Below are positions 1 to 5,906 of a stretch of 6,692 bases of DNA, piece by piece. Within the stretch, counting starts at the first letter, position 1. Every line of letters starts with the position of its first letter. The stretch lies in IMG/VR virus record IMGVR_UViG_2537562194_000022, positions 1 to 6,692 of that record; one strand, written 5' to 3'. The notes under the pieces were generated by a model, which worked only from the letters and a program-made list of their open reading frames with translations, ran no database searches and was not told where the DNA came from. This DNA is from a virus. Taxonomy: Duplodnaviria > Heunggongvirae > Uroviricota > Caudoviricetes. Position numbers and translations under genes: made by a program.

Positions 1-189
1 TTTAAAACTGGTCGTCGTGCGGCGTTACGTGAGATCGAGGATGTGAAACACGATACGCGTGAAGCGGAAGATGTGCTGGATGTGGCGGTGGCCATTGCGG
101 AGGCAGACGGCGAAATTGAGCCGGAAGAGCGCAAGGTGCTGGAAGAGATTGCCGGTGTTCTGGGTCTTCGTCTGGAGAATCACCAGTGA
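1..189 (+). CDS. TerB-like domain protein, C-terminal fragment (5' end lies outside the window)
   Basis: Open frame from position 1 to TGA at 187-189, translating to FKTGRRAALREIEDVKHDTREAEDVLDVAVAIAEADGEIEPEERKVLEEIAGVLGLRLENHQ. The acidic AIAEADGEIEPEE...L segment resembles the TerB (tellurite-resistance-like) fold. Assignment is from motif memory only. Confidence 0.45.
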   Translation, partial: FKTGRRAALREIEDVKHDTREAEDVLDVAVAIAEADGEIEPEERKVLEEIAGVLGLRLENHQ

Positions 190-317
190 CGGTAAAACTG
201 CGCCTGGCTGTGGCTGCACTCCTGCTGTTTCTGGTGGTGATGGTGGATTTCACCAGCAGAATCATGTCGGTGCTGGCGGATGGGGTGCTGGTCTGCGGCA
301 TTGTGGTATTGCTGTAG
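186..317 (+). CDS. Small hydrophobic (probable membrane) peptide, 43 aa, possibly translationally coupled to the upstream gene
   Basis: GTG at 186-188 overlaps the upstream stop (caGTGAcg). Translation is MTVKLRLAVAALLLFLVVMVDFTSRIMSVLADGVLVCGIVVLL, ending at TAG 315-317, with two hydrophobic stretches. Below the length cut-off of the supplied ORF track. No homology evidence. Confidence 0.3.
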   Translation: MTVKLRLAVAALLLFLVVMVDFTSRIMSVLADGVLVCGIVVLL

Positions 318-349
318 CCGGTGATAAAAAGAAACAGCCTGCATAATGC

Positions 350-378
350 TTGATTTTTTTATTTGCTGTTTATTAAAA
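350..378 (+). promoter_or_regulatory. Putative sigma70-type promoter (TTGATT -35; AT-rich TATTAA/TTAAAA -10 region)
   Basis: TTGATT at 350-355 followed 15-17 bp later by tattaaaaat (371-380). The -10 is imperfect and lacks the conserved final T, so this is weak. Confidence 0.2.
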
Positions 379-520
379 ATACTACTGCATGGTGAATCCC
401 CCTGTGCGGAGGGGCAATCAGCAACCAGGTATATGTGATAATCGCGGATTCAGGTGCTGATACTGAATTCACCGGGAGGCACCCGGCACCATGCAAGAAA
501 AAGAATGTGCATGCAAACAT

Positions 521-544
521 GCCCCTCTCCGGAGGGGCTTTTTT
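521..544 (+). terminator. Rho-independent terminator
   Basis: 7-bp GC-rich stem gcccctc (521-527) / gaggggc (532-538), 4-nt loop tccg, followed directly by tttttt (539-544). Confidence 0.6.
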
Positions 545-636
545 ATGGGTAAAAAATGCCCGAATGGGTTCGGGCAATAGCATGAGATACTGATATTGTT
601 GTGTTGTTATCGTGTGGATTTTAACCAGGGTTTATC

Positions 637-663
637 AGGCTGCGCAACTGCGTGGCCTTTTTT
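637..663 (+). terminator. Second rho-independent terminator
   Basis: 9-bp stem aggctgcgc (637-645) / gcgtggcct (650-658) with two G-U wobbles, loop aact, then a T-run (658-663). Confidence 0.45.
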
Positions 664-670
664 CATTTCT

Positions 671-717
671 TGGGCTGTAGTCCCCGTGTGTCATTCAGGC
701 TTCCGGACTACAGCCCA
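671..717. promoter_or_regulatory. 13-bp perfect inverted repeat (operator-like or RNA stem-loop) about 45 bp upstream of the esterase start codon
   Basis: tgggctgtagtcc (671-683) is the exact reverse complement of ggactacagccca (705-717), separated by 21 nt. No T-run follows on either strand, so it is not a classical terminator. Confidence 0.4.
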
Positions 718-759
718 CTCCATATCTGATTTAATACACTATCCCGGCCGGGAGGAATA

Positions 760-2253
760 ATGACATTTAAACATTATGATGTTGTCAGGGCGGCGTCGCC
801 GTCAGACCTTGCGGAAAAGCTGACACACAAACTGAAAGAGGGCTGGCAGCCGTTTGGTAGTCCGGTGGCCATAACCCCGTACACACTGATGCAGGCGATG
901 ACAACAGAAGGAGAGCCACAGGTCAGCCCTGCAACTGAGCCGGATTGGTACTACGTCATCGTACTGGCCGGGCAGTCCAATGCCATGGCTTACGGTGAAG
1001 GGCTTCCGCTGCCGGATTCATACGATGCTCCGGATCCGCGCATTAAACAGCTGGCGCGCCGCAGTACAGTGACGCCGGGCGGGGCTGCCTGCAGATATAA
1101 CGATATTATTCCGGCCGACCACTGCCTGCATGATGTGCAGGATATGAGTACGCTGAATCATCCGAAGGCAGACCTGAGCAAAGGGCAGTACGGCTGTGTC
1201 GGCCAGGGCTTACATATTGCCAAAAAACTGCTTCCGTATATCCCGAATAACGCGGGGATCCTGCTGGTACCATGCTGTCGTGGTGGTTCGGCATTCACCC
1301 AGGGCGCGGAGGGGACATTCAGTGCGGACACGGGGGCCAGCCAGGATTCGGCGCGCTGGGGTGTGGGTAAACCGTTATATCAGGACCTGATTGCGCGCAC
1401 TAAAGCTGCATTACAGAAGAACCCGAAAAATGTGTTGCTGGCGGTGTGCTGGATGCAGGGAGAGTTTGACATGAGCGCCGCCACCCACGCACAGCAACCT
1501 GCGCTGTTTACAGCCATGCTGGCACAGTTTCGTGCTGACCTCTCCGTGTTTAACGCGCAGTGCCATGGTGGCAGTGCTGCAGATGTGCCGTGGATTTGTG
1601 GTGACACGACGTATTACTGGAAAAATACATACGCTACCCAGTACGACACCGTGTACGGCGGGTATAAAAACAGGGAGAGTGAGGGCGTTTATTTTGTGCC
1701 CTTCATGACAGACGGTAACGGCGTCAATACCGCCACTAACGCGCCGGCAGAAGATCCGGATATTCCGGCATCAGGATATTACGGTGCGGCATCGAGAACG
1801 AATGGAAACCAGGTATCATCAAACCGCCCGACACATTTCAGTTCATGGGCGCGCAGGAGCATTATTCCGGATCGTCTGGCAACCGCTATTCTGAACGCAG
1901 CCGGGCGCACCTCAGCCTTCATCAGTGGTAAGGCACCGGAAATCAAACCCTCGCCCGGCGGCAACACGCCATCGGGTCCGTCTGCAGATACGTCCGTTCG
2001 CACAATCTCCCTGCTGCCGGCAGCCGGAGAGGCTGCTGCGCAGGGCTGGAGCATTAAGGATGGCGGAATTCAGTTGTCAGATGGTGTATTTAAGATCACC
2101 AAGCAGAGCAATAAAACCTGGTCCCTGACGCATCCGGTGGATGACGCAATTACCCTGCTGACACAGGGCGGCAGACTGACCTGTGTCAGGCGCACTGACC
2201 AACAATCAGTTCGGGCTGGGGATTTATCTGTATACGGATGCTCCCGTTCCTGA
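760..2253 (+). CDS. nanS-p: Prophage sialate O-acetylesterase of the NanS-p type (DUF1737 N-terminal domain plus SGNH/SASA hydrolase domain); 3' end probably frame-shifted and truncated
   Basis: ATG at 760 preceded by gggagga RBS. The N-terminus MTFKHYDVVRAASPSDLAEKLTHKLKEGWQPFGSPVAI is DUF1737-like. VIVLAGQSNAMAYGEG carries the GQSN block of SGNH/sialate O-acetylesterase enzymes. 497-codon frame. Confidence 0.8.
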   Translation: MTFKHYDVVRAASPSDLAEKLTHKLKEGWQPFGSPVAITPYTLMQAMTTEGEPQVSPATEPDWYYVIVLAGQSNAMAYGEGLPLPDSYDAPDPRIKQLARRSTVTPGGAACRYNDIIPADHCLHDVQDMSTLNHPKADLSKGQYGCVGQGLHIAKKLLPYIPNNAGILLVPCCRGGSAFTQGAEGTFSADTGASQDSARWGVGKPLYQDLIARTKAALQKNPKNVLLAVCWMQGEFDMSAATHAQQPALFTAMLAQFRADLSVFNAQCHGGSAADVPWICGDTTYYWKNTYATQYDTVYGGYKNRESEGVYFVPFMTDGNGVNTATNAPAEDPDIPASGYYGAASRTNGNQVSSNRPTHFSSWARRSIIPDRLATAILNAAGRTSAFISGKAPEIKPSPGGNTPSGPSADTSVRTISLLPAAGEAAAQGWSIKDGGIQLSDGVFKITKQSNKTWSLTHPVDDAITLLTQGGRLTCVRRTDQQSVRAGDLSVYGCSRS

Positions 2254-2371
2254 TGGTGTGGCGATGACGGGTACCGGTAATCCGTTCCTGATGTCGTACT
2301 TCACTCAGACCACTGACGGCAGAGTGAATCTGATGCATCACAGGAAAGCCGGAAACACGAACTGGGGGTTC
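2183..2371 (+). pseudogene. Frame-shifted 3' continuation of the esterase gene, ending at the IS junction
   Basis: The +1 frame from about 2180 encodes protein-like sequence (ALTNNQFGLGIYLYTDAPVPDGVAMTGTGNPFLMSYFTQTTDGRVNLMHHRKAGNTNWGF), whereas the 760-frame ends in low-quality sequence (RLTCVRRTDQQSVRAGDLSVYGCSRS). The +1 frame runs into IS sequence at 2372. Confidence 0.4.
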
Positions 2372-2380
2372 ATCGATAGG
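2372..2380. repeat. IS91-like terminal repeat, ori-proximal end (downstream of tnpA)
   Basis: ATCGATAGG, preceded by GTTC at 2368-2371. Confidence 0.5.
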
Positions 2381-2558
2381 AATTTAAATCCCAAAAAGAT
2401 TAAAAAAACACCCAAAAACGGATGTTTATTCAACACTGCCTGCGTGCCATGAGTGCACCGCCGTCAATTAAATGGATCTTATCGATTGATACTGCATATC
2501 ACTGATGGTTTTTTACCCCATTCCCCTGAAAATGGACGCAACCTCTCCGATGCGGCTC

Positions 2559-3791
2559 TCAGCCGCACACCCGCTGTTGCGCCAGTGGCTCATGCATCAG
2601 GACCAGCTCTGTCAGACGGTAGCCCCGCTTCAGCCCCGTAAAACGCATCTGACCTCCGCACAGGATGCACTTCAGCGGGTCAACCTTCAGTAACCGCTGA
2701 TACATCCCTCTCCACCTGATTTGCATCGCCGTCTTTCTCACCGTCTCCGTTATGACGTACACAACATCTTCCAGTAACCGGCGCTTCACCGGACTCAGGA
2801 AACCGTAGTACCTCACCATACGGAACCCCTTATCCGCCACATGCCAGGAGAACCTTTCCATAAACTCATCACCACTCATCACCAGGTATTCTTCCCGTTT
2901 TGTCCGGTGACTGTTGTAACGCAGACCAATTTCATCCTGACCAGCATAGTGCTCCAGACGGCTCATCGGCACCGGCGGTTTTTTCAGGTAAGAGCCGAAG
3001 TACACCGCCACATGTGTGGCGTTATCCATCACCCGGGATACGTTGACATTCCAGCCCCGCCGGTAATGACTGTCCAGGAAGCGATTCCAGTCCCGTTTAC
3101 TGCTTCCTTCTGCTGCCAGCGCATCCGGTATCACCAGGTCCGGATATTTCCGTGACAGTAACCGCGTTATCCGGTAACGCCACATACTCATCACCTTACG
3201 GGCGTAAAAATGAAGGTTTTTCCAGGTGTGGTCTGATGTCACGCCGCCGGTCGTTGTCGACAGGTGAATGTGCGGATGCCACTGCTGGTCACGTCCCCAT
3301 GTGTGGATGACCGTGAATATCCCCGGCACCACATCTGCCTGGCGGCAGATTTCCTGTATCACATCCGCAGCAATGCGGCTCATCTCTGCCAGTAACCACC
3401 GGTTGTGGAACACCAGGGACCAGTACTGGCAGGGAAGTGTGAACACAATATGCTGCCACGGACAGTCGGGAACCAGACTCAGCAGATACTGTATCCACTG
3501 TGCGCCAGCCTTCACTCCGCAGTGCGGGCAGGAGCGACTTTTACACCGGAAGCAGATCTTTTTTATGTGGCTGCAGTCCGGAGATGAACAGCACCACTGT
3601 GTGTACCCCATCAGCGTGGTCCCGCAGGCCATGATTTTTGTCACAGACTCAATGACTACCGGACGCACTGAACCTTCCGGTTGTTTCTCCAGCCAGTTAA
3701 GCCAGCGGTTTCCCTGCTGAAAAATGTCGGCAAAACGGGGAAGCATCAGAAGGGCGGGGGGACTCCGTCCGGCCAGTGAACCGTGCCACAC
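2559..3791 (-). CDS. tnpA: IS91-family transposase TnpA (HUH Y2 rolling-circle transposase)
   Basis: 410-codon frame with a GTG start at 3791. N-terminal Cys-rich zinc-binding region (CCSSPDC...CFRCKSRSCPHC), HUH motif HPHIH, and a YxxxY pair (VYFGSY). The true start may differ. Confidence 0.9.
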   Translation of the reverse strand: MWHGSLAGRSPPALLMLPRFADIFQQGNRWLNWLEKQPEGSVRPVVIESVTKIMACGTTLMGYTQWCCSSPDCSHIKKICFRCKSRSCPHCGVKAGAQWIQYLLSLVPDCPWQHIVFTLPCQYWSLVFHNRWLLAEMSRIAADVIQEICRQADVVPGIFTVIHTWGRDQQWHPHIHLSTTTGGVTSDHTWKNLHFYARKVMSMWRYRITRLLSRKYPDLVIPDALAAEGSSKRDWNRFLDSHYRRGWNVNVSRVMDNATHVAVYFGSYLKKPPVPMSRLEHYAGQDEIGLRYNSHRTKREEYLVMSGDEFMERFSWHVADKGFRMVRYYGFLSPVKRRLLEDVVYVITETVRKTAMQIRWRGMYQRLLKVDPLKCILCGGQMRFTGLKRGYRLTELVLMHEPLAQQRVCG

Positions 3792-4111
3792 TCCGGGCAG
3801 TACATGCCGCCGGCGCTGATACCGGCAAGAATGGTCGCAAACTCCCGCTCCGTGCAGCGGGCTATTTCAGGATACCCTTCGTCATCAACACGTACAAACC
3901 AGAAGACCAGCTTTTTGTTTCCGGCATCCACAAAGAAGGGAATATTCAGGTCTGCGCAGCACTCAACGGCATCGTCAAAATTATCAAAGCGCAGAGCTTC
4001 TGCGTCTTCTTCGTCAAAGAAGTCATCGTCGTGAAGCTTCACGACATAGCGGGGAAGTTTGCTTCTTTGAGGGGCAGGTTTTCGTTTACGGGGTTTAGCT
4101 GAACGGGACAT
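3746..4111 (-). CDS. IS91 ORF121-like small protein (function unknown)
   Basis: 121-codon ORF with ATG at 4111, directly upstream of tnpA and overlapping its start by 46 bp. This length and position match the ORF121 of IS91. Confidence 0.75.
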   Translation of the reverse strand: MSRSAKPRKRKPAPQRSKLPRYVVKLHDDDFFDEEDAEALRFDNFDDAVECCADLNIPFFVDAGNKKLVFWFVRVDDEGYPEIARCTEREFATILAGISAGGMYCPECGTVHWPDGVPPPF

Positions 4112-4129
4112 ATAACTACCTGAAAGACA

Positions 4130-5572
4130 ATGATATTGTCTGTTTTTATAACGGTAATTTCAGGCCATGACAAGCCGCAGCCGCCAGGCTGCCTACTCGA
4201 TGATAAACAGCAGAGCGCCCTGACAAAAACAGAACGTGAGCTGGCCCTGTCCCGACTGAAGGGGGAGGAAAAAGAGCGTGTCCGGCTGGGGTATGCGGCG
4301 GATGACCTTGGTTTTGTGGGGGATTCGTATCAGGAGGCGAGACAGCGTTATATCAGTAATGCTCTGGAAGCCTGGCGTAATAACGAGGCGAACAAACCTA
4401 AATCCCGGGGTGGAAAATCAGAGACGGAAAAAGCGGAAGACAGTTTTTCCCGGCTACTGAAGCAGCAGAAAGAGCAACTGGCACTGGCCGGTCAGAACAC
4501 GGAGCTGGCGAAGCTGAAGTACCAGACAGCGCTGGGTGAACTGAAAACCCTGTCGGAGATACAGAAGCAGGAACTGCTGCGTAACGCGGCCCTGATTGAC
4601 CAGCAAAAAATCCGGGAACAGTTGCGATCCCGGGAAGAGACCCTGAAGAATGATAATGTGGCTGCGCGTGCATCAAATGAAGCCGAACTGCTGGGGTACG
4701 GGCAGGGAGAACGAGCCAGGGAACGCATGCGGGAGTTGCAGCAGATCCGCGACAGCTTCCGCCAGAAGGATGCGGACCTTCAGTCTCAGTATCAGACCGG
4801 GGATATCAGTGAGGATTTTTACAGACAGGCACGGGCACAGAACGCGCAGTATCTGAGCGAACGCCTTAAGGACCAGGCAGCCTTTTATGCCGAATCGGAT
4901 GCGCAGCGTGCGGACTGGCAGAAAGGCTTGCAGGAGGGGCTCAGTAACTGGGTGGACAATGCATCCGATTACGCTTCACAGGCAGCACAGCTTGCGACGG
5001 AGGGTATCTCAGGGATGGTGAATAACATCACGGAGATGCTGAACGGAAACAAAGTGGAATGGCGCAACTGGGCCTCATCCGTACTGCAGGAAATCTCAAA
5101 AGTTCTTATGAATGCCGCGATTGTCAACGGAATTAAGACGGCGGCAAACGGTATGTCCGGTGCGGGAGGATTTCTCGGCAGCATTGGTGACTGGCTGGGC
5201 GGGGCGGTGGCCAATGCAAAAGGCGGCGTGTATACCTCGGCAAACCTGAGTGCGTACAGCAACAGTATTGTGGATACGCCCACGTACTTTGCCTTTGCAA
5301 AAGGGGCGGGGCTGATGGGGGAGGCCGGACCTGAAGCCATTATGCCTCTGACGCGGGCGGCGGATGGCTCGCTGGGTGTGCGAGCGGTGGGCAGTATGAA
5401 CGGTAGTGCGGGTCTGGTGTATTCCCCGGTCTACCATATCGCCATTCAGAATGACGGGACTAATGGCCAGATAGGGCCGGAAGCTGCGGGCAGCCTTGTG
5501 CAGCTGATTGACCAGCGGGTGCAGGCGGTGATGCTGTCCATGCGACGTGACGGAGGAATGCTGAGTGGCTGA
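4130..5572 (+). CDS. H: Tail tape-measure protein (lambda gpH-like), C-terminal portion only; 5' end removed at the IS junction, first 24 codons are IS-derived
   Basis: Coiled-coil Q/E/R/K-rich middle, Gly-rich segment, and a C-terminus (VYHIAIQNDGTNGQIGPEAAGSLVQLIDQRVQAVMLSMRRDGGMLSG) that matches the lambda gpH C-terminus (NDGTNGQIGP...MRDGG). Phage-derived sequence begins at 4202, in frame. About 457 aa remain against about 850 for a full gpH. Confidence 0.85.
   Translation: MILSVFITVISGHDKPQPPGCLLDDKQQSALTKTERELALSRLKGEEKERVRLGYAADDLGFVGDSYQEARQRYISNALEAWRNNEANKPKSRGGKSETEKAEDSFSRLLKQQKEQLALAGQNTELAKLKYQTALGELKTLSEIQKQELLRNAALIDQQKIREQLRSREETLKNDNVAARASNEAELLGYGQGERARERMRELQQIRDSFRQKDADLQSQYQTGDISEDFYRQARAQNAQYLSERLKDQAAFYAESDAQRADWQKGLQEGLSNWVDNASDYASQAAQLATEGISGMVNNITEMLNGNKVEWRNWASSVLQEISKVLMNAAIVNGIKTAANGMSGAGGFLGSIGDWLGGAVANAKGGVYTSANLSAYSNSIVDTPTYFAFAKGAGLMGEAGPEAIMPLTRAADGSLGVRAVGSMNGSAGLVYSPVYHIAIQNDGTNGQIGPEAAGSLVQLIDQRVQAVMLSMRRDGGMLSG
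4192..4201. repeat. IS91-like terminal repeat, ter-proximal end (upstream of ORF121)
   Basis: cctactcgat; its reverse complement ATCGAGTAGG matches the left end with one indel. Confidence 0.5.
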
Positions 5573-5906
5573 GATAAAAACGCTGCATCTGGTCCCGCGT
5601 GAAGGGATGCAGGTGAGTGAGAAACCGTCGGTGGTGAGGGTTCGGTTTGGTGACGGTTATGAACAGCGCCGACCGACGGGACTTAATGCCAGACTGAAGA
5701 CGTTTCAGGCGGTGTTCCGGGTGACGGATGAACCAACCCGGCGCTGGCTGGATGAATTTTTATCCTGGCATGGTGGTTACCGTGCCTTTTTGTGGCGACC
5801 GCCGAAACATAACCGGACGGTGAGGGTGGTGTGCCGGGAGTGGAGCGTCACAGATAACGCCAGGTACAGTGATTTCAGTTGTACGATTGAGCAGGTGGTG
5901 AACTGA
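5565..5906 (+). CDS. M: Minor tail protein M (lambda gpM-like)
   Basis: GTG start overlapping the H stop (GTGGCTGA), with ggagga RBS 7 nt upstream. VRVRFGDGYEQRRPTGLNARLKTF...IEQVVN aligns with lambda gpM (VRKVRFGDGY...FEQVVN). Confidence 0.9.
   Translation: MAEIKTLHLVPREGMQVSEKPSVVRVRFGDGYEQRRPTGLNARLKTFQAVFRVTDEPTRRWLDEFLSWHGGYRAFLWRPPKHNRTVRVVCREWSVTDNARYSDFSCTIEQVVN

Larger units (their letters stand above)
2372..4201 (-). mobile_element. IS91-like insertion sequence (IS91 family, rolling-circle/HUH), 1830 bp
   Basis: Contains the ORF121 plus tnpA pair typical of IS91. Ends are imperfectly inverted: ATCGATAGG at 2372-2380 versus the reverse complement of 4192-4201, ATCGAGTAGG. GTTC (2368-2371) abuts the end downstream of tnpA, matching the family's GTTC/CTTG target preference. 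No flanking direct repeat. The span equals the 1830 bp I recall for IS91. Confidence 0.85.

Noticed and set aside
2-346. ORFs 2..301 (-), 25..219 (-) and 59..346 (+) from the six-frame track
   Set aside because: They overlap the TerB-like frame and the small hydrophobic ORF in other frames or on the opposite strand. They have no RBS and their composition looks like shadow ORFs of GC-rich coding DNA.
359-583. Minus-strand ORF 359..583 (74 aa), plus small plus-strand ORFs at 389-460 and 491-580
   Set aside because: They run through the terminator hairpins and the structured leader, and lack convincing start contexts. The region is better explained as non-coding regulatory RNA or DNA.
318-760. 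tRNA genes or a CRISPR array in the long intergenic region
   Set aside because: No cloverleaf-compatible T-arm/anticodon-arm arrangement and no regularly spaced direct repeats. The hairpins are isolated, terminator-like or operator-like structures.
1106-2128. Embedded ORFs 1106..1294 (-), 1196..1390 (+), 1380..1607 (-), 1779..2054 (-), 1925..2128 (+)
   Set aside because: All lie inside the strongly supported esterase reading frame, in other frames or antisense. They are Arg/Pro/Ser-rich, as expected for out-of-frame translation.
2183-2452. Treating ORF 2183..2452 as an independent gene
   Set aside because: Its start is a track artefact; the frame opens after an upstream stop with no RBS. 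Its 3' 81 bp (2372-2452) is IS end sequence. It is better read as the frame-shifted 3' remnant of the esterase gene.
2453-3720. Plus-strand ORFs inside the IS (2453..2641, 2505..2693, 2841..3155, 3268..3720, 3405..3587) and minus-strand ORF 3289..3498
   Set aside because: They are antisense to or out of frame with the transposase gene, whose motifs (zinc-binding Cys cluster, HUH, YxxxY) fix the real frame.
3776-4102. Plus-strand ORFs 3776..4102 and 3783..4034, antisense to ORF121
   Set aside because: Shadow ORFs. ORF121 on the minus strand has the expected size and position for IS91.
4278-5437. ORFs 4278..4460 (+), 4398..4676 (-), 4492..4728 (-), 4650..4856 (+), 4969..5340 (-), 5096..5437 (-)
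   Set aside because: Inside the tape-measure coding region in alternative frames or antisense. The tape-measure frame is supported by its match to the lambda gpH C-terminus.
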